63,980 nt of DNA from Chiloscyllium plagiosum (Eukaryota): the NCBI RefSeq assembly GCF_004010195.1, contig NC_057759.1, positions 2,765,187 through 2,829,166 of the forward strand. Reading direction: 5' to 3'. Both the position numbers and the translations under genes were made by a program. A model generated the notes under the pieces. The model saw only the letters and a list, made by a program, of their open reading frames with translations, was not told the DNA's origin and did not search any database. Shown here in pieces: positions 37,490-51,029 of the stretch. The stretch's first letter is position 1; each line of letters begins with the position of its first letter.

Positions 37490-38610
37490 GTTTGGATGAG
37501 GGGAGAGCAGTTAATGTCTTTTGTATGGATTTCTGCAAGGCCTTTAACAAGGTTCCACTTGGGAAACTGATAAAGATGGTAGAAGCTCATGGGATCGAAG
37601 TTACCTTGGCAAGATGGATGCAAACTGGTTTAATGATAGGAGACAGAGGATGGTGATGGAAGATTTTTTGTGGGACTGGAAGCAGACTACAGTGTGTAGT
37701 GTTGTGCCCCTTATTGTTTGTGATATTTGGCAATGGTGAATATGAGATTGTGAGAGAGATGATAAGTAAGTTTGGAGATGATGCAAAGCTGGCTGGATAC
37801 TTGATAATGAGGGTGAAGGTGTTAGGTTACAGGAAGATGTAAACAGGTTGCTTAAATGGCCTGTGAATTTAAGCATGAGAAATAGGAGGAGATGTATGTT
37901 CGAAGAAGGAAGTGCTCAATGAATGGCAAGACACTAGGAAGCTCAAAGGGGCAAAGGGATTTTGTGATGCTTATCCACAGATCCCTGCAGTTGGCAGGAC
38001 ATGTTGATAGAGTGGTTAACGTATGGGACAGTTTATGCCTTTTCCCATCATTGCATAGATTAGAAGAGCAGGGAGGTCATGTCAGAGACACATATAACTT
38101 TGGTTGGGTCGCAGCTGGAGTACTGTGTGCAGTTCTGGTCACCACATTAGGGAAGGATGTGATTGCACTGGAGAGTGTGTTAAGGGGTTTCACCAGGGTA
38201 TTGTGTAGGTAGGATCACTTCAGTGATGAAAAGATGCTGGATAAGCTCAAGTAGGTATCAGTGGAACAGAAAGGATGAGAAGGAATCTGGGAGCGGGATG
38301 TAGGTTATTGAGGGAAAGGTGTGATAGAAAGCAACTGTTTCCCTCAGTTGAAGCGTCAATGAAACGTCAGTATAATTTGAAACTGAAAGTCAGCAGGTCG
38401 AGAGGGGAGATGAGGAACACCGTTTTCACCCAGAAGGTCTGTGTTGTACTTTATGGGAATGTAGTTCAGGCAGGACTATTAAAATGTACATGGAGGAACA
38501 CTTGATATGTCACAATACCCAAGGCTATGGGCCTAGTGGGGAAATTGACGCTCGTGTAGGCAGCAGAACGTTTCTGGTCATACAGACTATAGGGGCTGTA
38601 GGATCTCATC
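37490..38610 (+). mobile_element. CR1 RT to 3' end, degenerate
   Basis: LDEGRAVNVFCMDFCKAFNKVPLGKLI...; QRDFVMLIHRSL; ALESVLRGFTR. Confidence 0.85.
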
Positions 38611-38699
38611 TGTTCTGTATGATCCTCATTCTCCTGAGTAAAGGCAGACATGAAGTATGATTCAACACGCTGGCCATATCCTATAGCTCCACGGTCAGA

Positions 38700-39720
38700 T
38701 TTTCCCCTTGATTCCTAATGGCTCTGGCTCTTCTCTTGATATCTTTGTAAAATACCTGGGGATTCTGCCTGTTTATACCTGACAGTGTTTTCTCGTGCCT
38801 TTGTTTGCTCTCCTCATTTCTTCTGTAAGTTCCCCTTGAACTTTCTATTATTCAATGGGGCCTACAATACTTTGTTCCCTTTGTCGTCTGTTGAAAATCT
38901 AGGCAGTACATTCAGATTCACATGAGCCTCTGGGTAAAAAAAAAAAGATTTGTCCAAATCTCCTCCAAACCTCTTGCCTTTCATGTTAAAATTATGCCCC
39001 TTTTTATTTGAACCTTCAATGAAGGGGAACAGCTGCTTAATTGTATTTAACCAGTTTAGCTGGATTCTTTGAGAAGTGACGTGCTTTGAATAAAGGGGGT
39101 CCAATGATGTATTGTACTTGGATTTCAGTTAGGCATTTCACAAGGTACCACATTCAAAATAGGGGCTAGCTATTGTGTGGTAACAAACTAGCCTGGGTGG
39201 CTGGAGAAAGCAGAGTATTGATCAATGGCTCTGTTTTATGTTGTCAGAATGACACGATTGGAGACGCACAGGGTTCTACTGACCACACAATTTCGTACAG
39301 TTTGTATCAATAATTTAGATGAAGGGAATGAATAATTTAGATGAAGGGAAGGGTGGTTACATTTTGAGATGGTACAATGTTGGGAATGAAATATTACTGT
39401 TAAGAAGACTTAATTTGTCTGCATTCAATCTGTAGTACTGTTCCAATGAGATTTTCAGGTGGATTATCATTTAGGAAATTCGGAAGTTGTCCTCTCCAGA
39501 AATAAAAGGGAAAACAATTAGGAGGACAATTGTTAGAATTTGAAGGTGTAGAGGGATTTTGATGAATAGTATGTAGTTACAGGAAGTAATGAAGAAGGCC
39601 AATCATCTCCCACGTGAGGAATTGAACAGAAAAGAAAGGAAATCATGATTAAGTTGTACAGGCATTGGTGAGAGCACATTTTCAAAACAGTGTACATGTT
39701 TGGTCTCCATCGAGTTATGC
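38700..39720. mobile_element. Old CR1 fragments on both strands
   Basis: QLFPFIEGSNKKGHNFNMKGKRF on the minus strand; degenerate YLDFS.AFHKVPH on the plus strand at ~39110. Confidence 0.65.
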
Positions 39721-39904
39721 AGCACAGTACCAGACCAGACACAGTCCAAGCAGTGCATGCTGAGCATAATTCCAAACGTAACTAATTCCATCTATCAGCC
39801 CCTAGTCCGTATCCATGCAAAGCTTTCCTATTCATGTACTTACCTTAGTGTTTTTAAATGTTGTAAGTGTGCCCACACTCACCACCCCAAGGAAGTTTGT
39901 GTAC

Positions 39905-41685
39905 TGCTAAGTTTGCCTATATGACTACACTCGCAAGTGTTTTATCATTAATTGTGTCAATCCTGTCCTGGTTTGTGTTTCCAAAACGTAACACCTTGTC
40001 TTGGTCTGAATTAAACTCCATTTGCAATTCCTCAGTCTACTGGCTCATTTGATCAAGATCATGTTGCAGTTTTAGATAGCATCCTTCACTGTCTACGATA
40101 CCAACAATTTTGGTGCAAACCGCAAACTTGCTAACCATACCATCTATACTCTCATTCGAATCATTTATATAAACGACAAACAACAATGGACTCAGAACCA
40201 ATCCTTGCTGTAGACTGCTTGTTGCAGGCCTCCTGTCTGAACAACAACTCTCAACCACTACCCTCTGCCTCCGACTGTCAAGCCAATTTTGTATACAACT
40301 AGCTAGCTCTCTTTGGATCCTATATGATCTAACCATAACAACCAATTCAGTGCAAAACGTTCTTGAAGGCTTTGCTAAAATCCACATAGACAACGACTAC
40401 CTTGTTGTCTCCATCTATCTCTTGGTCACCTCTTTCAAAAAACTCAAACAAATATGTTAGGAACGATTTTTCATGCACAGTCATGCTTGCTATCTATAAT
40501 CAGTCATTGCCTTTCCAAGTGCATGCAAATCCTGTCTCTCAGAATTCTCTACAAGAAGTTACCTATCACTGACATCAGGCTTATTAGTCTATTGTTTCCC
40601 GGATTGTCCTTACCATCTATCTTAAATGATGGTACCATGTTAGCCAACTGCCAGTTTTCTGGGACCTCACTTGTGACAATAGATAATGCAAATGTATTTG
40701 CAAGGAATCCAGCAATCATTTCTCTTCCCACAAAGTTATGGGATACACCTGATCAGTCCCGAGGATGTATCCTTCTCTATACCTTTTAAAACTGTCCATA
40801 CCACCATCTCTGTCAAATGGACACTTTTCAAGCTATCACAATTTCTTTCCCAAAGTTCTCTAGCTTCCATATCCTTCATCACAGTAAACATTGATGCAAA
40901 ATACTCGTTTAGACTCTCATCCATCTCCTGCGGTTCCATGCATAGGCGGCCTTGCAGTTCTTAAGGGAACCTATTCTCTCCCTTGTTACTTTTTTAAACC
41001 GTTCATGTATTTGTCGAATCTCTTTGCATTTCCCTTATCCCTACTTGCCAAAGCTAGTTCATATCCCCTTCAGCTTTCCTGATTTCCCTCTTGAGTATGC
41101 TCCTGCCGCCTAAGGAATCACTCTATTCCCTCTGACTATACCTGATGTATTTGTTGTACTCCTTCTTCAGCAGACCTGAATTTCTCTAGTCATCCAGCAT
41201 CCTGATATGTACTAGGCTTACCCTTCAAACTGAACAGAACATACTGCCTCTGGACTCCTTCGTCTTATTTTTGAAGGCCTCCCATTTTCCAGCCGTCCCC
41301 TTACCTGTAAATATCCGCTTACAACCAACTTTTGAAAGTTCTTAAATAATACCATCAAATCAGCTTTCCTTCAATTTAGAGCTTTAACGTTTGTTATCGG
41401 GTATATCCTTTTCCATAACTGTCTTAAAACTATTAGAATTCTGCTCATTGGCCTCATTGTACTCCCTCACTGACACCTTCAGTCACTTACCCTACATGAT
41501 TTTCTAAAAGAAGAACAAGTTTTGCTCCTTGTCTAGTAGGTATATCCACATACTGAATAATAAAAAAAAGTGCACCCTTAACAAGTTCTTCAGCTTCCAA
41601 GTACTGAAAACTATGGCAGTCCCAGTATATGTTTGGAAAGTTAAAATCCCCTTTCATTACAAACCTATTTCTATTAAAACTATCT
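39905..41685 (-). mobile_element. CR1 ORF2 segment (endonuclease end to RT), degenerate
   Basis: WLDSRRQRVVVE, QGLVLSPLLFVVYIND, KFAVCTK, VPENWQLANMVP, LNEYFASMFT, and GDFNFP at ~41650. Confidence 0.9.
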
Positions 41686-42344
41686 TTTACCTCCCCCCCT
41701 AGAATACTAGTCCGATATAAAATTCAGATTACGATTTCCCATAAAAAATCACGTTTTAAAACCAGTCAACTTTTCCGAGTTTCCTCTGTAAATCTTTGTG
41801 TTGTTTTCTGCTTAAGGGATTCTGCTTCACATGTCTTTGGTAGATAAAGGTAGAGAGCAGTTCTGCTGGCAGAGCCACTTGTTGGTGGCTCACTTCTCTT
41901 TGTCACTCTGGCTAACTGTTCAAAACACCTGATCTGTATACCCCGAAACATTGGATAATATCCTTGGTTTCAATTTTGTCAAAATACTACATTCAAGTTT
42001 GCTTGGCGTTTGGTCATTGGGGCATAATTTAAACTGATAGGCCGAAATTCAATTTGTTTTTGTCTCAGAGCAATCTAGCTACAGCAAGCTGTTCGACCAA
42101 CTTTTTACATTTTAATTTTTCCAGTACTCCGTGTGCTTGCTCAGTCGTTGCTACTTTCAACTCTCTTAAAGGTACAGTACACCTACAGCTTCATAACAGT
42201 CTGAAATCAGGATTGCAGGGTTGAGAGACAGTAACTTGCTTCAAGCTGTCTCCTGACAAACAAATGTGTGGTGTACTCACTCGTAAGGGTGTTAATCACT
42301 CAGTCATTTAACCACGCAACAACTCAGGCAGAAGTTTTTGTGCG

Positions 42345-42975
42345 GATGTGAAGAAATTTTTTTTCACCCAGAGGGTGGGGAGAATCTGGAACGCACTGCC
42401 TGCAAGTGTGGGAAAGGCTGAGGCCCTCATCACATTGAAGAAGGATTTAGATATGCACTTGTGATGGCAAGGCTATGTGCCAAGTGTTGGCAAAGTGGAA
42501 TTGGAATAGTTTGGTTCTTTTTGATATGTGCGGACTCGATGGGCTGAAGAGCCTGAAGTACCGAATGCCTCTGTGTCGTTCATAATTACTATCAGCATCT
42601 ACCTACACAGTAAGTAATGCGATCCAATGTACTCTATCGTTCTCTAAATCCTAATATCAACATAAACCATGGCAAACAATGATGTTCATGCATGTAAGAC
42701 CACAAAACATCAGAGCAGTATTAGGCCATTCAACCCATTGCGTCAGCTCTGCCATTTGATTATAGCTGATATGTTTCTCCTGCCTTCTCTTCGTAACACT
42801 TGAACCTTTCAATCAAGAACCTATCTATCTCTGTCTTAAATACAATCAGCTTGGCCTCCACTGCCCGTCTGTGGGAATGAGTTCCACAGATTCACTACAC
42901 TCTGGTTAAAGGAATTCCCCCTCATCTCAGTTCCAAAGAGCTGTCCCTTAACTGCACCCTCGGGTCCAATTCTAC
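42345..42975. mobile_element. Two CR1 3' fragments (plus 42345-42570, minus 42695-42975)
   Basis: TTTTCACCCAGAGGGTGGGGAGAATCTGGAACGCACTGCC, and the reverse equivalent with 3'UTR. Confidence 0.75.
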
Positions 42976-43419
42976 CGAGAAGCAGATCACATTCTTCTTC
43001 TGTGATGGGTTTTCATCGCTCACTGTACTTGTTCCTCGGGTAAAGACATTGGCTCCATGCATTTGCGAAAGTTTAAATAAAATGGACATTGAGTGATTTT
43101 AAAACCAGAGTCCAATTTGCTAAGTTAATAGCTCCAGTATTGAAACCAAATAATAGATATGATCAAGTTTGAGAGCTGGATACCTGCTTTCGCTTGTGTT
43201 TCTATTAATGTGTTATTTCTTCATGTCTTTTACATTATCTGATTTTTGTCCCTTTGCGTTTTAAATCGCCTACAGGTGCTGCTTTTAATTTGTGTGCAAA
43301 AAGCCTAGATGGTTAGAAAAAGAGTATTATAAAAATCATGTACTTCTTACTGGTTTTCATTCAAAGCTGCAGATATGTGGAGCCATTAATTCACTGTTGA
43401 ATGTTGCACAGAACCACCC

Positions 43420-43615
43420 CCTGACTTCACCACAGGAAATAATATCACCATAGGAAATGGCATCACCGACCAAAAGAAACCCATACATATAAATGGAAAG
43501 CAGGAAATTGTGAGCTGTGCTTCGCCTGAGGCCCATTTAAAATGTTACCTAGTAGGATAGCGAAACGTTTGGAAATGAACCTTCAAGTTGAGCGAGCAAA
43601 CCTACATCCAAAAAG
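43420..43615 (+). mobile_element. Penelope-like 3' relic related to 60309-60537
   Basis: TATAAAT...GCTTCGCCTGAGGCCCA...ATGTTACCTAGTAGGATAGCGAAACGTTTGG...AGCGAGCAAACC parallels 60412-60530; hammerhead core decayed. Confidence 0.55.
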
Positions 43616-45289
43616 TCAAACAGCAGCTGCAACTGTATTGATTATTCCCATGCTTGAAATTTATTGCAGGCCATTAAAAAAGAAATCTGTTCTAAATACC
43701 ATGAAGATAGAATGATTGCATCTAAAACATTCAGATATCAAGAGAGAGTATGCAATGGAATGATGCACTGTTCGTCCTTACCGATTGAGACTGGGAGGGG
43801 ATAAATGGTGATGCACAAAACAAATTCAATTTTGGCTTCAAGAGAATATTTGCAAGCAATTAATTATACACATTTGTTTCGAACTCTTCTTAAAAGTTCT
43901 GTTTGTGTCTGTTTCAGATCTCCAGCATCTATCCACTGTTTTTTGTCTTGTTTTATTTTGCGACCTTGGGGAGGATTCATATGAAAATGGCACAAAAGCT
44001 ACTTCAAAGGACAAATAAACTTCCTTCAGTTGGATAGATGGAAATGATGGAATTTCTCCTTTATGAAGAAATCCAGTTTGACAGGATATTGCTCGGTGCT
44101 ACTCAACACCACAGCTGTTCTAAAAAGTATATAGAGATTTGCACAATTTCCATTTTGGGGGCGTTCCTAAAATTGTGATTACAAACTGAATGTCGAGGAT
44201 GGAAATGAGTTAGCTTTTTCTTCACTCTGCAATAAGTTAGGAATTGGAATGTTCTCCTTTTGCATGTCTCTACTGCACTTAATAACTTGACTTCCACAGT
44301 TCGCTGCAGCAAAAGCATTCCATCCAGCCGAAGAAATTCCTGCTCATCTCCACTCTATAAGATTTGTCCTTTCACACGGAAAAAATGCTGGAGACAGTCG
44401 ATAGATCTGACAAAATCCGTGGAGAGTGATGGTCAGTGCTTGCCATGTGCAACGTGAATGTGACATGCCACTTGTCTTCCCAATCCTGGATATTATCTAC
44501 ATCTCGTTACGTTTGAACATGGTCTGCTTCAGTGTCTGAGCAGTGGTGGTTGGTGCTGAAAATTGTGCAATCATGGCCAACATCCCACAAGCGTGAAGCC
44601 GCCGAGTTGAATGCATTGAAAAATCTGCAACATGCATAATTTGGCCAGTGTTCCAATGATTGAAATGGAAGGTAACAGGGAGCTACTTTACTCAGATGAA
44701 ATGATATGATGTTGAAATGTTATTAAAATAAGATAGACATGGATGAGATGTAAAAAAAAATGCGTTCAGTTTATACTTAACGTGTGAGAACAGAATTAAT
44801 CTTCGATTATCTCGGAGCACTTTTTGACAACTGCAATTCTACATCCAATATCCCACAATTCTGGCCATTATCACTGAAACAAAACCAGGCATCAATAATT
44901 AAGAAGGTTCTGGGAGAATATGGTTTTCCAACACACTTCACACTGTACATGACATTTTAACTGCAGTTGAACAAGGCAGCGCACCACCACCCTCATAAGG
45001 GCAACTGGGGATGGGTAATAATTGCTGGCCAGGAGTAAATTAAAACAAAATCCAGATGCCTCAGGTAAATGGATAAACACAGTAACATGTGGAATATTCA
45101 ATCAGCTTTTCTTCTTCCAAGTAAACACTTTGTTCCTTAAAAGTATAGTACCACATTATACAGCATCTCAAAATTGACAACTCACGATAGTGTATCGTGA
45201 ATATTATCCTTTGAATGTGATTCACATAAACCTTATGTATATTAAGCATTCCAATTTCATTTCCAGTCTGTATTTGTGATCTTCGACCC

Positions 45290-46040
45290 TTAGGCATCAG
45301 AGCAGAGATTAGCCCATTCGGCTCATGGAGTCTGAACGCCATTCAATCATGGCTGATTGGGTTTTTCAACCCCATTTTCCCGCTTTCTCCCTGTAACCTT
45401 TCATCCCTTTGTCAAATAACAACTTATCTACGTCTGTTTTAATTGTACTTAATGTTCAGGCCTTCATAGCCTTCTTTGTCAATGAATTCACATATTCACT
45501 ATTCTGTTGTTAAAGAGATTTATCCTTATCTCCGTTCCAAAAGACCTTCCCTTTACTGTGTCCTCGGGTCCTATTATCTCCTGCCAATGAAAATATCTTC
45601 CCAATGTCCACTCTGTCCAGGCTGTTCAGTATTTTGAAATTTTCAGAAAGAAAACCCGCTCATTCTCCTGAACTTCATCGAATATAGAGTCCTCAAATGT
45701 TGCTCATATGTTAAGCTTTTCATTGCTGAGATCTTTCTCATGAACATCCTCTTGACCGCTTCCAGAGCCAATGCATCCTTCCTGAGATATGGAGCTCAAC
45801 ATTGCGTGCAATACTCTATAGGTAACCTGACCAGATCCTTAATAAGCCTCTGAAGTACATCCCTGTTTTTATATTGTAGTCCTGTTGAGGCAAATGACAA
45901 CATTGTGTTTACCTTCCTAACTACCAATAAATTCTCCTTAAGTGAAACCTGGACTAGGACTTCCAAGTCCCTTTGCACTTCCAATTCCTGTATTTTCTCC
46001 CCATTTAGAAAATAGTCCAGGCCTACGTTTATTCGACCAT
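45290..46040 (-). mobile_element. CR1 3' fragment
   Basis: YFLNGEKIQELEVQRDLEVLV...LVRLPIEYCTQC plus 3'UTR. Confidence 0.85.
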
Positions 46041-46694
46041 GCATCACAAGGAAACTGTCCAGCCAACTGAGCTACATTTACTCCTTTGTGTAATCCATCT
46101 GAGGGGCCTTAGGGCTCTCTCACTTCCACACACTGCTTCTGTGCTGACTGCGCAATAATGTTTTTTTTTACTTTTAGCAATAACTTGACTCACCCGAATA
46201 TGGATGATAAAAATTGATTTGAGAAACCACATGAACACTTATGTTGTCATCTCAGTTCCTGTTTCACCTTTCTCAAGACAGACTGTTATCTTCCAAACAA
46301 TAGAAATTTAAGCAGGAAAGGAAGCCAACATACCATGGTTCTGATACCCCGTGTGGAAAGCTAGCATCCTGAGAATGATTCACTCATCCCACCACTCTGC
46401 TCTCTATATACTGAGCAATTTCCAAACCGCTCGTTTTAATCCACCCAGTCCCATGAATTGTATTTGTCTTTGTTGATATCCTGTGTGGGATCTTACGTAA
46501 AGCCTTTGGAAAACCACGTCACTTCTCTCTTTCTCATTTCCGTATGGTGCAAGGAATATCCTCGAAATGCACCATCAGTTTTGTTAAGTATGTTTTTTTA
46601 AAATTTAATACACCCATATTGGCTCGGTCTAATTTTGCCACTCCTCACTCATGCTCAATTACCAGATTCTCTCTAATCGATTGTATTATGTTCA

Positions 46695-47187
46695 GAAGAG
46701 TTCAGAAAAGATTTACACGGGTGTTGCCAGGGTTGGAGGATTTGACCAATAGGGAGAGGCTGAACAGGCTGGGCTGTTTTCCCAAGAGCGTCAGAGGCTG
46801 AGGGGTGATCTTATAGAGATTTACAAATTATGAGGGGCATGGACAGGATAAATAGACAACGTCTTTTCTCTGGTTTAGTGTAGTTCAAAACTAGAGGGCT
46901 GAAGGTCAGGGTGAAAGGGGAAAGATATAAAAGAGACCGAAGGGGCAACTTTTCCATGCAGTGTTGGGCGAGTATGGAATGAGCTGCCAGAGGAAATAGT
47001 GGAGGCAAGTCCAATTACAACATTTAAAAGGTCTCTGAATGCGTATATGAATAGGAATCGTTTAGAGGGACACGAGCCAAATACTGGCTAAAGGGATTAG
47101 ATTATTTTAGGGTTTCTGGTCGACATGGACGAGTTGGACCAAATCGTCTTTTTCCATGCTGTAATCTCTAAGACTCTTTGACTCCAT
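46695..47187 (+). mobile_element. CR1 3' fragment
   Basis: RVQKRFTRVLPGLEDLTNRERLNRLG; tail GACTCTTTGACTCCATG. Confidence 0.88.
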
Positions 47188-47848
47188 GTTCTCTATTGCG
47201 GTCGTCAGGCTAACAATAGGCTCTATTGACACCTTTTCCTCATTATTTAAGAGGCCATGTTGGATACCTTCAAGTCAGTATGACCATTTCTAGAATGTAT
47301 AGAATTATGAAATACAGAAGTCAATGCAGCAATTATGTTTTGGGAGTCATCGGACCCGATAACATGGCACTCATGAAATCTAGATATCATTCATGAATCT
47401 TGGTAGATCTATCGTTCCTGTTGGATGTTTGTACATTAAAGGATTGTGTATATCTTGTGAAACCTAAAGTGCTTGTTTATAGATTTGCCGTCTCCTATTG
47501 ACTACTTTTCTGAGTTTTCAAAGCTTACTCCAGATGGCCTATTCCGTGGATATCTATATTTTCTTTGTTCAGTTTCACATGATTGATGTTGCATTCAAAC
47601 TTAAAATTTTTAGATGTTATTGTCACTATTTCCTACAAGTCTATAACGTTGTGACCACTATTTCGCATTGGATCATTTAAAAATACAGTATCAATCAACC
47701 TTTCTCATTACAACATATTAAAACCAACTTGGTCTGTTCCTAGAATGGTGCCTCAACCCTAGCCCAGGAAAACATTTTGTACACATTCCAGGAATTCATC
47801 TTCCATCATATTAATGCTGATTTCAGAATTGAGTCTCCTCATAAAGAT

Positions 47849-48348
47849 NNNNNNNNNNNNNNNNNNNNNNNNNNNNNNNNNNNNNNNNNNNNNNNNNNNN
47901 NNNNNNNNNNNNNNNNNNNNNNNNNNNNNNNNNNNNNNNNNNNNNNNNNNNNNNNNNNNNNNNNNNNNNNNNNNNNNNNNNNNNNNNNNNNNNNNNNNNN
48001 NNNNNNNNNNNNNNNNNNNNNNNNNNNNNNNNNNNNNNNNNNNNNNNNNNNNNNNNNNNNNNNNNNNNNNNNNNNNNNNNNNNNNNNNNNNNNNNNNNNN
48101 NNNNNNNNNNNNNNNNNNNNNNNNNNNNNNNNNNNNNNNNNNNNNNNNNNNNNNNNNNNNNNNNNNNNNNNNNNNNNNNNNNNNNNNNNNNNNNNNNNNN
48201 NNNNNNNNNNNNNNNNNNNNNNNNNNNNNNNNNNNNNNNNNNNNNNNNNNNNNNNNNNNNNNNNNNNNNNNNNNNNNNNNNNNNNNNNNNNNNNNNNNNN
48301 NNNNNNNNNNNNNNNNNNNNNNNNNNNNNNNNNNNNNNNNNNNNNNNN
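47849..48348. other. Assembly gap (500 N)
   Basis: Run of N. Confidence 1.
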
Positions 48349-48911
48349 CTCATTAAGGGCACATTCCCGAAGGATCAACTCTCCTGCTTTGCTTTTCTAG
48401 TGCCACACTTCTTGAAGGTGTTTCTTTAAGCCTTCCTTCAACGTTTGGTCTGCTCTTTCTGCAAGACCACTGGGCGATGGGTGGTATGGAGCTATACTTC
48501 CATGCTAAATGCTATTTGCCTTTATGAAATTGGAGTGTTGAGACAAAGGGCTAGGTGGAGTCCATTGAGTATGAGTTTCCTGATTGAGGCCATGAGGTTT
48601 GAACAATTAGGGGGATCTGGCTGACAGATAAAGACAGGAGTTTCAGATGAGACCCCAGAAAGCAGTCTCCTCTATTGATAGAAACCTGTGTGGATAGTCA
48701 TTTCAGTTTACTTCTGGGAATCCTTATCCAATTACAATTGCAGGCATGCATGGCTCATGCCCAGTTTTGTGAAGAACAGCAACCAGCCAGATTTGCATAT
48801 TAGTCCTCTACTTGAGGGACCGGGTCGTTACCCAGCTGCTAAAAGCAGTTCGTTATTTCAAAATCCCACAAAGGAAAATCAACCCATTGTGCCTCACAAC
48901 TGGTATATAGC

Positions 48912-49608
48912 TCCTTGAAAGTGGAGTCGCAGGTAGGTAGGATAGTAAGAAGGCGCTTGGTATGCTTTCCTTTATTGGTCAGAGTATGGAGTACAGGAGT
49001 TGGGAGGTCATGTTGCGGCTGTACAGGGCATTTGTTAGGCCACCTTTGGAATACTGCGTGCAATTCTGGTCTCCTTCCTATCGGAAAGATATTGTGAAAC
49101 TTGAAAGGGTTCAGAAAAGATGTACAAGGATGTTGCCAGAGTTGGAGGATCTGAGCTACAGGGCGAGGCTGAACAGGCTGGGGCTGTTTTCCCTGGAGCG
49201 TCAGAGGCTGAGGGGTGACCTTATACAGGTTTACCAAATTATGAGGGGCATGGATAGGATAAATAGACAAAGTATTTTCCCTGGGGTCGGGGGGTCCAGA
49301 ACTAGAGGGCATAGGTTTAGAGTGAGAAGGGAAAGATTTAAAAGGGATCTAAGGGACAACTTGTTCACACAGAGGGTGGTACGTGTATGGAATGAGCTGC
49401 CAGAGGATGTGGTGGAGGCTGGTACAATTGCAACATTTAAGAGACATTTGAAAGGGTATATGAATAGGAAGGGTTTGGAGGGATATGGGCCAGGTGCTGG
49501 CAGGAGGGACTAGATTGGGTTGGGATATCTGGTCGGCATGGACGGTTGGACCAAAGGGTCTGTTTCCATGCTGAAGATCTCCAAGACTTTATGACTCTAT
49601 GGTATGAC
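48912..49608 (+). mobile_element. Young 5'-truncated CR1
   Basis: 183-aa open ORF2 C-terminus (LVRP-like FVRPPLEYCVQFWSP...WNELPEDVVEAGT) and ATGACTCT tail repeats. Confidence 0.93.
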
Positions 49609-49769
49609 TGGTGATGTCCACTCTGCAAACTGGACAGGTTTGATGACGCCTTCGCTTTCCAGCCTCTTGATATCTGCCTCTACTTTTACACATCAAATTA
49701 ATGGCACTGAACGGGCCTCGTCAAATTATGGAATTGATTCTTGGCCTCTTTGGTCGTCCCTGCAGCCTG

Positions 49770-50067
49770 TAGCAGTGAATCACTGCACCAGGGAGCAGGG
49801 TTTGGTTCCACCCTCAGACAACTACCTGTGTGGAGTTTGCATTTTCACCCGATGGCTCCATGGGTTTCCTCCTGATGCTCCAATTTCCTCCCACAGTCTA
49901 AGGATGTGCAAGTTAGTTTGAATGGCTAAGCCTAATTGCCTTTTATGCAGATTAACCCTGGGAAGTGCAGGGTTACAGGAGATGTCTGGGTGGGGTACTC
50001 TTCGGAAGACCAGTGTGAACTCGATGGGCAAATGACCTTCTTTCCTACAGTAGATATTCTATTCTAT
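49770..50067 (+). mobile_element. HE1/V-SINE-like SINE, diverged
   Basis: Core TGTGTGGAGTTTGCATTTTC...TTTCCTCCCACAGTC; ATTCT tail. Confidence 0.75.
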
Positions 50068-51029
50068 AAGCTTGTTGAAAAAAAAAACCTTGCCAATATT
50101 TAATTAGGACTTTAGACAGGCAGTCATTTTTCAATTGGAAAATGTTGGGCTAATCAAGCTGAATCTTTCTTAAATAATTTCACCATCAAGTTTGGGCCCG
50201 AGACTTTCAGTACAGTCAGTGCTAACTGAATCAGTGGCTTCTCACAAGAGGCCAGAACCGAAGTTGTATCCTTAATTGGTAGGAGTCAAAAACAATATAA
50301 CTGTTCCAAATCAGCTATAAGTGGACTTTCCCGGGTGTGCACCATCCCAGATACCAACTTGTGAGTTCTGTTACTCAATTCAGGCCGACTGGGCATCATG
50401 TGCTGTCTTTTGTCCACATATAAACAGGAACCACAATCACCTGCTGGCCTGCATGAGTACAATTTTTAAACATGAACCATTCGCTATCTGTCAGCAACCA
50501 CTTTAATATGGCTCCACAATCCACCTTGCTAATTCATGCTTCTTAAATCATACATCCCTTTATTTAGATCCAGGACCCTAGCCTCTAGTTCACCTACTTG
50601 GCTCTTCATCTTCATGAAGAATGCTGTCACATTATAGTCACTCTTCTCCAAAGGATCTTTGTATAACAAGAGCGTTAATGCAAAATTTCTCATTGTGAAG
50701 TATCCCATCCAGATTAGGCTGTTGTCCAGTTGGTTCTTCAAGGATAAAGGGCCATTCCCGTTCACTCTTTGAGACGATGGCTTCCTAACACTTTCACAAG
50801 GGCAACTAGGAACAGGCAATAAATACTGGCCAGCCAGTGACACCCACATCCCTCAAATCAATTTTAAAAATACACATACACATTCTCATGAAAACATTCC
50901 ACCATTTTGTTTTGTCAAATGTCTATGTCAATTTAAAGTCACTCAAGATTACCGTTGCACTGTTATTGTAAGAACCTCTGATGTCTTGCTGAATGTCTGA
51001 TTACACTTGTAGGAAGGCTAATGGAACGT

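Noticed and set aside
36800..38610. Head-to-head CR1 pieces as one 5'-inverted insertion
   Set aside because: Both pieces cover the same part of RT, so they are independent insertions.
39309..39350. 20-bp direct repeat AATAATTTAGATGAAGGGAA
   Set aside because: Trivial local slippage within decayed CR1.
41690..42198. Possible LTR fragment ending TCATAACA (also 48349-48900)
   Set aside because: Only one terminus and no TSD; not enough evidence to call.
43960..44640. Possible coding exons in unique-looking sequence (also 54150-54420 and 56210-57960)
   Set aside because: No sustained reading frame or recognisable protein motif found by eye.
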